From contig JAJZMB010000114.1 of NCBI GenBank assembly GCA_021803205.1, positions 6,877 to 70,876 of the forward strand: a DNA stretch of 64,000 bases, written 5' to 3'. This document shows, in pieces, positions 9,654-19,318 of this stretch. The number at the start of each line of letters is the position of its first letter. Position 1 is the stretch's first letter. This DNA is from Bacillota bacterium. Lineage in GTDB: Bacteria > Bacillota > Sulfobacillia > RBS10-35 > JAJYVN01. The notes beneath the pieces are model-generated. The model did not search any database. It saw only the letters and a list, made by a program, of their open reading frames with translations, and had not been told where the DNA came from. The translations under genes and the position numbers were made by a program.

Positions 9654-10589
9654 ATGCTCCAGCCCATGACAGCCGACTCCCCGGACCGCCTGCGCCTCGG
9701 CCTGGCACACCGGGGCTGGCTGGGAGACTACCTGCTCATGACCGCGGGAGCGGCGGCCATGGCCTTTGGCGTCTCCTCGCTCCTGTTGCCGGCCCACCTG
9801 GCGGACGGCGGCCTGACCGGTGTGGCGATCATCCTTCACTACCTTACCGGGTTCGGAGTCGGCTCCCTCTATGCGGGCCTCAACGTCCCGCTCCTGACCT
9901 GGGCATGGTTCACCCAGGGACCGCGCTTCCTCTGGCGGACCGTGGTCGGAGTCGCCCTCGTCTCCGCCTGGATGGCCGTCTTCGCCCCAGTGCACCTGCA
10001 ACTCGGCGACAGGCTTCTGGCGGCGCTTTACGGCGGACTGCTGGTCGGAAGCGGCATCGGCGTCATCCTCCGCGTCGGCGGCAGCACAGGCGGCACCGAC
10101 ATCCTGGCGCGCTACCTCCATGGCCGTGCCGGGTGGAGCTACAGTCGGACATTCCTGCTCACGGACGTCGCCGTCCTCGCAGGCGTGGCCGTCTGGGTCG
10201 GTCTGCCCGCGGCGATGTACGCGTGGATCGCGACCAATGTCGCCGGCCGCGTGGTCGCTTTTGTGGTAGAGGGTCCGCGCAGGGGGCGCCTGGCGTTGGT
10301 CGTCACCGGCAGGCCGGAGCACGTATTGCACCGCGTGGTCGAGGAGTTGGGCCGCGGGGGCACGCGTCTCTGGGCCTCGGGAGCGTACACCGGCCGCCCG
10401 CGCCCCCTGCTGCTGGTGGCCGTGTCTCAACAGGAGGTGGCGCGCCTGCGCGGGATCATCCACGCGGAGGATCCGCGCGCCTTTCTGGTCGTGTTGCCCG
10501 CAACCGAGGTGCTCGGCGAGGGCTTCGGTCTGCTCGCCTCCGGAGGACACCCGGACAGCGATGGCCCCCCCCGCAACAGCCCCTGGTGA
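9654..10589 (+). CDS. YitT family membrane protein
   Basis: DGGLTGVA, LNVPL, GGSTGGTDILA, and C-terminal DUF2179-like GAYTG...DPRAF...EVLGEGF; start uncertain. Confidence 0.85.
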   Translation: MLQPMTADSPDRLRLGLAHRGWLGDYLLMTAGAAAMAFGVSSLLLPAHLADGGLTGVAIILHYLTGFGVGSLYAGLNVPLLTWAWFTQGPRFLWRTVVGVALVSAWMAVFAPVHLQLGDRLLAALYGGLLVGSGIGVILRVGGSTGGTDILARYLHGRAGWSYSRTFLLTDVAVLAGVAVWVGLPAAMYAWIATNVAGRVVAFVVEGPRRGRLALVVTGRPEHVLHRVVEELGRGGTRLWASGAYTGRPRPLLLVAVSQQEVARLRGIIHAEDPRAFLVVLPATEVLGEGFGLLASGGHPDSDGPPRNSPW

Positions 10590-10875
10590 GCAGCCACCGG
10601 ACCGCGCAACCCCGGTCGCCAGCGGCGCAGCCGGCGCCATCCTCCGCGCAGGCCGCACGGAGAGGGAGCGTCGCCTGAGGGTGCCCGCACCGACTGGCGT
10701 GGGCCGCTCGTTCCCGGCTGCCGCGCGGACCGGGCAAGCGGGCGTCGCCGCGATCGGTCGGTCCTGCCCGCTGGCGACACCGCCCCCAGAGTCCGCCGTA
10801 CGGTGGGGGACCCCGGCTGCAGGCAGCGCTGCGCTGCCTGCAGCCCCGTTCCGCCCGTCGGTGCCGGACGAGCCC

Positions 10876-12642
10876 TCAGCGGGCCCCGCCCACGCCCCAG
10901 AGAACCCGGGTGGGGGGGCCCACCCGCTGCAGCCGGCCGCCCTCCAGGACAACGACCATGTCCGCGCGTGCGGCCAAATCCCACTGGTGCGTGACAAAGA
11001 CCACCGTCCGACGACCGGCGGCTGCGAAGAGGTCCTCCAGCACCGCCCGTTGCAACTGCGGATCGAGGGCCGAAGTCGCCTCGTCGAGGACCAGCACGAC
11101 CGGGTCCTGGAGATAGGCGCGGGCCAGGGCCAGGCGCTGCCTCTGACCGCCGGAGAGGTTGCCGCCCCCCTCGCGGAGGGTTCGGCCCTCGGGGTGCGTC
11201 GCATCGCAGAGTTCGTCAGCATGCGCGCGGTGCAGGGCCGCACGGACGTCGTCGGCGGGTGCATCCGGCCGCCCGACCCACACGTTGGCGAAGACGCTCT
11301 CCCGGAAGAACACGGGATCTTGCGGGACAAGGGCCACCGCCGCCCGCAGCGCCGCCAGGTCATACTCCCGCACGTCGTGGCCGTCGAGCAGCACGCTGCC
11401 CTCGCTGGGATCGAGGTGCCGCGGGATCAGCGCGGCAAGGGTACTCTTGCCCGCACCGCTGCCGCCCAGGATCGCACAACGCACCCCCGCCGGGATCGAA
11501 ACCGAGACATCCCCCAGGATCCTCTGCCCGTCGTCGCCGATCACGCTGGCGCCGCGGAACTCGATCGCGCCACGCAACGGCGCGGGCCGCCCGTGCCGGG
11601 GTGCGACGACGTCCGGGGGTGCGTCCAAGAGCACGAAGACTCGTTCGGCGACCACCGCGACCCGCTGCGCGCCGATGGGCAGTTGCATGAGCCGGCGGAC
11701 CGGACCTTCCACGCCCCGCACATACTCCAAAAAGGCAAGCAGGCCGCCGACGGTCATCTCCCCTCGCAAGACGGCCGCTCCGCCGAGGCCCAGCAGCAGA
11801 ACGGTGAGTCCCTGATGCGCCACTACATCCAGGAGTGCACCGGCGCGATCCACCAAGAAGACGCGGATCCGCAGCCGCACGCGCCGCCAGAGCAGGACGC
11901 GTAGCGACCCCACATCCCTGCGCGCGTCCGTCCGATGCAGCAGGCCGCGCAGGCCGTACACCCGATCGTTGACGACGCCCTGAGCCTGGACGTCAAACAG
12001 GGAGAGCGAGGTCAGCGCGCGCCGCAGCGGACGTGCAGTGAGTAGCGGGTACAGCGGGTACAGGGCGAGGACCGGAAGCATGACACGCGAAAGTGGTCCG
12101 CTGAGGTGCGCCATCAGTGCCAAGCTCGCCGGCAGGCGATACAGGCTGGCCAGGAGGGACTGAAACAGCGAGAGGAAGCCCTCGCCGACATCGGGCCCGA
12201 ACTGCTGGAGCGCCGCCGTGGCCTCCCCAGTGCTGAGCCGCCGCAGGGCCCGCAGGGACAGGCCCCGCAGGTTGGCGTACGCCGCGACACGCAACCGCAC
12301 GGAGAACCGTTCCGCGGCCTGTAGGAAGGCATAGTTGACCAGGTTGCCGGCGAGCCAATGTGCAGTTGCGGCCGCCGCGTAAAAAGTGAGAATCTCTGGC
12401 AGGAGATGCGTCTGACGGCCGAGCAGGACGCGGTTCACGAAAACTTGGTGCAGCCATGGCTCCAGCAGTTCCGCGGAGATGCCGGCGACAGTGGCCAATA
12501 TCAAGAACAGGAGCCAGGGCCACAGAGGCAGGAAGAGGAGACCCACCCGCAGCAGCGCCCGTAGAACACGGGCGTAGCGGCCCAAGCCACCGCGGGCGGG
12601 GGCGCGCGGAATTCCGGGACGGGGCATCCGATGCCCTTGCAC
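10876..12642 (-). CDS. ABC exporter, fused permease/ATPase half-transporter
   Basis: N-terminal TM region; Walker A GGSGAGKST, signature LSGGQRQRL, Walker B LVLDEATS. Confidence 0.88.
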   Translation of the reverse strand: MQGHRMPRPGIPRAPARGGLGRYARVLRALLRVGLLFLPLWPWLLFLILATVAGISAELLEPWLHQVFVNRVLLGRQTHLLPEILTFYAAAATAHWLAGNLVNYAFLQAAERFSVRLRVAAYANLRGLSLRALRRLSTGEATAALQQFGPDVGEGFLSLFQSLLASLYRLPASLALMAHLSGPLSRVMLPVLALYPLYPLLTARPLRRALTSLSLFDVQAQGVVNDRVYGLRGLLHRTDARRDVGSLRVLLWRRVRLRIRVFLVDRAGALLDVVAHQGLTVLLLGLGGAAVLRGEMTVGGLLAFLEYVRGVEGPVRRLMQLPIGAQRVAVVAERVFVLLDAPPDVVAPRHGRPAPLRGAIEFRGASVIGDDGQRILGDVSVSIPAGVRCAILGGSGAGKSTLAALIPRHLDPSEGSVLLDGHDVREYDLAALRAAVALVPQDPVFFRESVFANVWVGRPDAPADDVRAALHRAHADELCDATHPEGRTLREGGGNLSGGQRQRLALARAYLQDPVVLVLDEATSALDPQLQRAVLEDLFAAAGRRTVVFVTHQWDLAARADMVVVLEGGRLQRVGPPTRVLWGVGGAR

Positions 12643-12879
12643 GGCTGACGCGGGGACTCCCCCCGTTCGGCCGCCCGGGCAGACGCTGCCAAAGCCCTGG
12701 CGGGCGACGTGGCGTCGCTTCCGGGAAGGCCTGCACAGCGCACTGCTGTGGCGGTCACCGACCCCTATGCGCCGGCAGGGCGGAGCATGGCTAGGTGTGC
12801 AGCGCCCCTCCCGGATGGCGGGGATCGGCGCGGGGTGGCGCCGCCCTCGGCGAGCACAACTCCCCGACGGCCGGGAAGC

Positions 12880-13497
12880 TCACGGGTCGATCCGGCCCGA
12901 ACCGTGCCCGGGCGCCCCATCGCCGACCGTTTCCTCCAGGGCCTGCCGCACCGCCTGCCGGATCGTGTTCCGCGGCACTCGGCCCAGCGTGGTCAGCGTG
13001 ACCTCCCTGACCACCTCGGCCCAACTCGCCGGCCCGACGGGCCACCCCGCCGCCCGCCGCGTAGCGATGGCTTCGCGAATCGCCCCGGCAAGATCCGGCG
13101 TCATCGCCGCTTGCGGCGCCGCCGCCCATCGCCGGCCGGCATCCGGAGCCAGTGTGAAGCGGAAGGGCGGGACGCCCGCAGCGCAAGGATCGGAGCATTG
13201 CCGCCCCAGGGTATCCGCCGCCGCACGCGCATGTGCCACCACGTCGGCGACCCGCAGACCGAGGTGGTCGGGCGCATAGGGCTCCAGGTAGCGGACGGCG
13301 GCGACGAAGTGCCTGCGGGCACCGGTGGGATTGCCCCGCTCCAGTTTGACGAACGCCGCGGCGAACAGGATCAGTCCGTGCAGGAAGGGATCGGACTGCC
13401 GTTCCCACCACAGCGGTTCGAGCGCCTCATGGGCCTCGAAGAACCGGCCAGCGGCAAACTCCCGCAGGTAGGCCGCAAACGGGGCCGGAAGTCCCAC
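12880..13497 (-). CDS. DUF309 domain-containing protein
   Basis: FFEAHEALEPLW...GLILFAAA...GNPTGA; GTG start inferred. Confidence 0.75.
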   Translation of the reverse strand: MGLPAPFAAYLREFAAGRFFEAHEALEPLWWERQSDPFLHGLILFAAAFVKLERGNPTGARRHFVAAVRYLEPYAPDHLGLRVADVVAHARAAADTLGRQCSDPCAAGVPPFRFTLAPDAGRRWAAAPQAAMTPDLAGAIREAIATRRAAGWPVGPASWAEVVREVTLTTLGRVPRNTIRQAVRQALEETVGDGAPGHGSGRIDP

Positions 13498-14039
13498 TGG
13501 CCATTCCCCCGTGCCGATGGCGACGGCGCGCCCGACCCTGGCGGTCCCGGCGGCCCGGCGCCCAGCTTCGCCGTCCCGGCGGCGAAAGGATACCGTATAG
13601 GTGCGACATCGGTGGGCGGGCGACGCGGTGGGAGCAGTGCCTCTTGTCGCCGCGGCACTGCTCCCACCGGTCGTCGGCACAGCCCACGCCCTGGCGCTGA
13701 GGCTGGGCTGCGGTGGCAGGAGGATGGCGACACAGATCGGCGCCGCCAGACCCCAGGGCCGGCGTGAGCTGCGGCGCGCCTCACCGGCTTTCACCGCAGG
13801 ATCGGCGCGCCGCAGCAAGAACATCTCGTCGGCGCCGGCGGCGGAACCCCTGCCCTCCAAGGGGTGTGCGGCAGCATCTCAGACCCCGGTCCCGGCGCCC
13901 CCGCCGGTGGGCGCGGCGGAGTCCCGCACTCCCTGCCGCACCGACACGCAGGCAGGCCGGAACCTCTGCCTGACGCCATCACTGCATCCTGCGGCCGGCC
14001 GCCGCCGTACAGGACGTCGACCGGCCGAAGCCGGGCAGC

Positions 14040-14495
14040 TTGGGTCACAGCGGGGACGGTGGAGCGGTGTCGGGCGCGCTCGTCGCGGATGTCGTCGGTT
14101 CCGCCGTAGGCTTGTGGACGTTCATGCTCAGCCTGTGGCTGCGCACCCATCCCGAGCGTGTGCACGCGCTGGCCAACCGCGCGGGGATCCATCCGGCCTA
14201 TGGCCAGCACGCGTGGTGGCTGCTCCTGGGGACGGCTGCCGTCCTGTTGCTGGCGATCGTCCATGCGGCGGCGTCCTTCGCCGATCCCCCGCACCTGTGG
14301 GCCTGGATGGAACAGACTATCTTATCCGCTTTTTTCTGGCTCTCTAGCGCGCGGGTATGGCGTTCCTATCGCCGCCGCGACGCGTGGTGGCGCGCGCGCC
14401 CCGCCCGCGTACGCTGGCCCAACCTGTTGTTTTCCGCGCTGGCCTCCCTTGAGGTGTGCTGGGCATGGCTGCGCCTGCTGGGACTTCCCCGCTAG
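14040..14495 (+). CDS. Hypothetical membrane protein (about 4 TM, Trp-rich)
   Basis: Several hydrophobic helices; no family recognised; start uncertain. Confidence 0.6.
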   Translation: MGHSGDGGAVSGALVADVVGSAVGLWTFMLSLWLRTHPERVHALANRAGIHPAYGQHAWWLLLGTAAVLLLAIVHAAASFADPPHLWAWMEQTILSAFFWLSSARVWRSYRRRDAWWRARPARVRWPNLLFSALASLEVCWAWLRLLGLPR

Positions 14496-14679
14496 TGGTG
14501 CGCCCATCAGTCTTGCCTCGCTGCGTCGAGCGGCAGCGACAGCATGCCGCTTAAGTCCTGGCGCCAATGGCGGATGCGACGCCCGCCACCTGGGCCGTGA
14601 CGGCCGCGCCCGATGACCACTACCCCGAAACGATGCCCCCTGTCCCTTGGCGACGGTCAGGACTTGATGGACTCCCCCG

Positions 14680-14845
14680 CTGGCGGCAGTTTCCCACTTA
14701 TCGGGACCCACTCAGTGAAGCCATTGGCCGCCAAGGGTTTGCGCTGCGAGAGGCTGGCCGGTCGGACAACGGGCCGCCCTGGCAAGAGCCAACGGGCTAA
14801 ACGCCGCGGAAGACTGGGTGCGGATAACCCGGAAACTGCCGCCAG
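14680..14845. repeat. 166-bp element bounded by 33-bp imperfect inverted repeats (MITE-like or long hairpin)
   Basis: CTGGCGGCAGTTTCC (14680-14694) is the exact reverse complement of GGAAACTGCCGCCAG (14831-14845); the match extends to 27/33. Confidence 0.75.
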
Positions 14846-14919
14846 GCGGCCGAGAGATCACGGTCGCCGATAGAGCCGGACGCACGCGCGGGGACGGTGT
14901 AGGATCGCCTGCGTCCCTC

Positions 14920-16443
14920 TCAGGCTGGGGGCGCTGTCGGCCGCCCCGTCGTTGGCGCCGGAGGGTGCAAGCGCCCCGGGACCGGATGCGCCGAGCCTCG
15001 ACGGACCTCCCCGCTCCAGGACGCCGCCCCCGCCGTCCCCGCCGACTCCGAAAGGGCGGGTTTGAGCGTCCACGCTTGCAGCCGTGCCTGCAGCCACAAC
15101 TCCATGGGTGCGAATCCTTCCGCAAAGACCGGCCAGTCCCAGTGCAGACGCGCCGGCGGCTTGACGCAGACTTCGGCGGCGACCGCCCGCGGCGCGATGA
15201 CGACGGAGGTCTGCTCAGGATCGCGCAGGACGCGCGCGGCCGCGCTCAGGAAATCCGCCGGGGCCGCCACGGAACGACCGATCGGTATCGCGGACGGCAC
15301 CTGGCCGCGTTGGTCGATAAACCGGTCGCACCAACGGGCGGCCTCCACCAAGGCGCTTTGGGTCAGCGGGCCGGCGACGGAATCCGCTGGCGGCGGAGCT
15401 GACGGCCCGTCGCAGGCCCGCACGGCGATGGCGGCCGCATCGGGGACGCAGAGGGCCCTGCAGACCACACCCAGCGCCTCCGCCGCCGAAAGGGCAAGGC
15501 TGCCGCAAACCGCCCAACTCGCGTGTTCCAGGACGCAGGCGGCCATCGGCCGGATCTGCGCACCGGTCAAGCACGCATTCCGCGCGCGATCCGGGAAGCG
15601 GGCGGCCAGATCACGCGCCGTGATGAACTCCAGGCCCATCCCTCGCAATTCGGCCACAAACCGGCCCAAGGCCTCGGCCGCCGCCCCGACATCGGTCGCG
15701 GCTCGCAAAGGCGCCGGCCGCCAATCCCCCTCCTGCGGCATGCGCCCACGCCCAAAGTTCACCACATCCCAGAAGGCACTGGTGCACAGCTCCGTCGGAT
15801 GGGCCACGACACACAGCGGCGGACCGTCCGCAGGCAAGCGCCCCAGTGCGGAGTCCACCAGGGCCAGCGCTTCGTCCAGGCATCCGGGGAGTGCCGACAG
15901 GAACGGCTTGGGCGCGCAGACCGGCGGTGACCAGTGCAACAGCCCGAGGTAGTGGCAGGGGCGGCCGGAGAAGTCCAGATACGAGTTCCACGCCTCGCTG
16001 AACTCCATGGGAATCCGCCAAGTGCGCACCACCGCAAGCGCTGCGGCCGTCCAGTTGCCGCCAGGCTGCGTCCAACAGGCCAGGGGACCGAACGCCCCCT
16101 CCACCTCCGCGAACCCCGCGGCCTCCCGTGCGGCGAAGGCGGCCTGCGCCGCCGGCCAGCCCAGAGGAGCCAGTTCCTCGGCGATGGTGGGGTGCACGCT
16201 GTGGGTGTTCGAGTGATAGCCTACGGCGTGGCGCGCCAACCGCCCGATCAGCTGCCGGTGCCCCAGCTTGTCCCAGGAGCGCAGCTTTTCGGCCACCAAC
16301 GGAAAGGTGGCGGTGGCATCATGGCGCTCCAAAGCGTCCAACACCATCTCAAGGGCCGCGTCGCTTTCCGGGGTAAGGAAATCCTCCGTATCCATCCGGA
16401 TGGCCATCTCTGTGCCCGTTACCACCGCCGCCCTCCTGCGCAC
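14920..16443 (-). CDS. Polysaccharide deacetylase-like (CE4/NodB-fold) protein with C-terminal extension
   Basis: MDTED, ATFPLVAE, VGYHSNTHSVHP (HxxxH), HPTE; starts 10 nt after the glycosyltransferase stop. Confidence 0.65.
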   Translation of the reverse strand: MRRRAAVVTGTEMAIRMDTEDFLTPESDAALEMVLDALERHDATATFPLVAEKLRSWDKLGHRQLIGRLARHAVGYHSNTHSVHPTIAEELAPLGWPAAQAAFAAREAAGFAEVEGAFGPLACWTQPGGNWTAAALAVVRTWRIPMEFSEAWNSYLDFSGRPCHYLGLLHWSPPVCAPKPFLSALPGCLDEALALVDSALGRLPADGPPLCVVAHPTELCTSAFWDVVNFGRGRMPQEGDWRPAPLRAATDVGAAAEALGRFVAELRGMGLEFITARDLAARFPDRARNACLTGAQIRPMAACVLEHASWAVCGSLALSAAEALGVVCRALCVPDAAAIAVRACDGPSAPPPADSVAGPLTQSALVEAARWCDRFIDQRGQVPSAIPIGRSVAAPADFLSAAARVLRDPEQTSVVIAPRAVAAEVCVKPPARLHWDWPVFAEGFAPMELWLQARLQAWTLKPALSESAGTAGAASWSGEVRRGSAHPVPGRLHPPAPTTGRPTAPPA

Positions 16444-16452
16444 CTGCTGCCC

Positions 16453-17517
16453 CTAACCGTCCCCCCGACCGCTCGGGACCGGCCTGCATACCTCAGCATA
16501 CAGCCGGATGTGAGCCGCAGCCTCCGCCTGAGGCGAGAAGCGCTCCTGCACCGACGCCCGCGCCGCCGCGCCGAGTCGTGCCCGCAGGTCCGGTGCCCGT
16601 GCCAGGTGAACCGCCGCGTCCGGCAGGTTGCCGGGCATCGCCAGCCAGCCGTCCACACCGTGGCGGATCGCCGCCCGGTTTCCCGGAATGTCCGTCGCCA
16701 GAACGGCCCGCCCGGCCGCCATCCCTTCCAGCACGGCGTTGGAGAGGCCCTCCAGCCGGGATGTGTTCAGCACCACGTCGGCACGGCCATACCAGCCCTG
16801 AAGCTCCTGGCGCGGCACTTCTCCCAAGTAGTGAACGAACGGGATGCCGGCCAGGCGCCCCAGGAACGCCTGGTGGAAGGCGGGGTCGCGGGAGGGGCCG
16901 GCGATGTACAGGTGGACATCGCCTCCGGCCTCCCGGACGGCCGCCGCAGCGGACACGGCGAGGTCCGGATCCTTGATTGCGCGGATGCCCGCCGGCAGCA
17001 GGAACAGCAATCCCCGACCGGGCACGGCCGGTGCCGGCGGCCGTGCCCGGTCTATGGCGACCCCCGGCGGGATGACCCTCACCCGCTGCGCGGTCCCGGG
17101 CAACTCCCGCCGCACCTGGTGCGCGGCCCGCTCGTGGAAGGTGATCAGCGCGCGCACTGAGCGCGTGGCGGCGCGCAGCACAGCCAATTCACCCGGCTCC
17201 AGGTCCGTGCCGGTAAACGTCCAGATGACCGGAGAATGCGGTGCCCATTGCAACGCCGGCACCCCGGCCCACCGCGCGTGCAGGGCGTGGACGACCTCGT
17301 CCGGTCCGGGCGGGAGCTCTGCCGGCAGCGCATCCGCAGAAAGGATCCGGCTCTCGACGCCTTCCGCAGCTAGACCCGCAGCCAGCCGCCGGGCGGTGAC
17401 CAGGTTGCCCGCACTCGCCGGCAGGCCGGCGCGGACGATCAGATGGACCCGGCGGCACGCGCCGGGTGATGCTGGCGCAACTCCTCAACGGACGGGGCTG
17501 CACTTGGGCTCGGACAT
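16453..17517 (-). CDS. GT4 glycosyltransferase, SenB (selenosugar synthase)/GLT1D1-like; probable selenoprotein (UGA at codon 11, 17485-17487)
   Basis: Frame is open from ATG 17517 (RBS GGAGGA) except for one TGA. Motifs GNLVTARR, ALHA, TGTD, IRAIKD, EGLSNAVLE. No in-frame ATG/GTG/TTG lies between the TGA and the conserved N-terminal motifs. Confidence 0.75.
17447..17467 (-). promoter_or_regulatory. Candidate SECIS hairpin of the glycosyltransferase
   Basis: ACCCGGCG-cgtgc-CGCCGGGT, a perfect 8-bp stem starting 17 nt after the UGA, with GU in the loop. Confidence 0.55.
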
Positions 17518-17583
17518 CCGGACGCATTCCTCCCCAGCTGACCACTGCATAAGTCCGCTTTGCCGCGGCCACGGCTTCGAAGT

Positions 17584-17633
17584 CCCTTGGCCCCGAGGGC
17601 TCCACGGTTCGCGGCTGGTGTGGGAACCGACTC
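17584..17633. repeat. Dispersed 50-bp structured repeat, copy 2
   Basis: 43/50 identity to 22-71. Confidence 0.8.
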
Positions 17634-18124
17634 TTCCGCCGACGTCCCGGGTCGAAACGGCGGTGTCGACGGCGACCGCCTGCCCCCAGTGTATCAGGAT
17701 CGCGCCCCGCCGATGGTCAGCTCCCTGACGCTGCATCGGTCGTCCATGCCGGACCACGGCCGGGACCCAGGGCGCGCCCCCGCCCGCCGGGGGGGGCCCC
17801 GGTGCAGGTGCGCGCGTAGGCAGGGACGCCACCGTGCCCGGCGGATTCGGCTCCCCCGGCGGCGCGCGGTATCGGCCTGCTGCGCATGGGCCATCGCCCA
17901 TCGAATGGCGCCAGTGAACGGGCACGGCGCGGCCGCGGCGGGTGCCCGTCCATGCCCGCAGGTGCCCATCCCGGACAACGCCCGCCCGTCGCTGTTCACC
18001 GGCACCCCACACCCCCGCCGCGCCGGCATGCGTCTTTTGCATGCACTATATGCGTCGAGGATGCCGGTTTGGTAGGGTGGGCTTCAGTTGGGCGCCCAAG
18101 GAGCAAGGAGAGGATGCTCCCGCT

Positions 18125-19198
18125 ATGAATATGTCTGTTTCTGCGCAGCAGCGGCCGCGGCCGGGGGCCGCGATCGGGGTCGGCGTGTTTATCCTGCTCG
18201 CCTTGGCCGGTTTGTTCTACGTGAAGTGGGATCCCTATTTCCACAAGGCGTTCGTGGCTGCCGCGCACCACAGCATTGGCGCCTCGATCCTCAGCGGCCC
18301 AGCCGCCGGTGCGCCAGCGGCTGGCTGGAAGGCGGCCTGGGACTTCACGATCGCCTACGGCAAGGATATCTGGGAAGCCCTGATCGTGGGGCTGGTCCTC
18401 GGAGCCGGCGTCCAGGCCCTGCTGCCACGGTTGTGGCTGTTGCGTCTCCTGGGCGGGACGCGCTACCAGGGGACGGCTGTGGGAGGCCTCGCCGCCGTTC
18501 CGTCAATGATGTGAACGTGCTGCTCCGCCCCACTGGCGGTGGGGCTCACCCGTAGCGGGGCTTCCGTCGGATCCGTGCTCGCGTACTGGATCGGGAATCC
18601 CATCCTGAATCCGGCCACCATGGTCTTTATGGGCTTCGTGCTCGGTTGGCGTTGGGTGGCACTGCGGATTGTCGTCGGCGTGGTCCTGGTCTTCGGCGTG
18701 GCCTACGCGGCGCAACACCTGGTGCGGCCCGGCGACCTCCCGGAGGCGGCAGTCCAGGCACACGCCGCGGCGTTCGCCTCCGGCGACGACGGGTCGCTGT
18801 TCGGCCGCTGGATCACGGCCCTGTGGCGCCTGGCGATCGGCCTGGTGCCGGAGTATCTGGTCGTCGTGGTCGTCCTGGGCGCGGTCCGCGCATGGTTGTT
18901 CCCGGCGATGAGCCCGGCGGTCGGTCACAGCCTCTGGCTTGTTCTGGCGCTGGCCCTGACGGGCACCCTGTTTGTCGTTCCGACGGCGGGCGAGATACCC
19001 ATCGTCCAGACCCTGATGCATTTCGGTCTGGGTTCGGCGGGGGCGGGGGTGCTGCTGACGACGTTGCCGCCGGTGAGCCTGCCGTCACTGGTGATGGTGG
19101 GCCGCGCGCTGCCGGCCCGCGTGCTGTTTTTTGTCTCCGGCAGCGTTGTGGTCCTCGGGCTGCTGAGCGGGTTGGCGGCGGCAGCCCTGCACCTGTGA
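18125..19198 (+). CDS. YraQ-like DUF318/ArsP_1 family permease, selenoprotein (UGA 18512-18514)
   Basis: Two in-frame ORFs joined by one TGA in PSMM-U-TCCSAP, where E. coli YraQ has MMCTCCAAP (recalled). Also GLFYVKW, GNPILNPATMVFMGFVLGW, PTAGEIPI. Confidence 0.88.
18527..18545 (+). promoter_or_regulatory. Candidate SECIS hairpin of the permease
   Basis: GCCCCAC-tggcg-GTGGGGC; stem starts after a 12-nt spacer from the UGA, the same as in selD. Confidence 0.7.
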
Positions 19199-19318
19199 AG
19201 GGTTGCGCGGGCGTCTCCTCCGTTTTCCGTTCGGAAGCCAGCTGCGGTCCGCATCGGTCGCAAGAGATATCGGGTCTTGCCGATGGCACATGCGATGACC
19301 CGGAAGGGGGTGGCGCCC

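Noticed and set aside
10876-12642. ABC exporter as part of a RiPP cluster
   Set aside because: No peptidase domain, precursor peptide or modifying enzyme adjacent.
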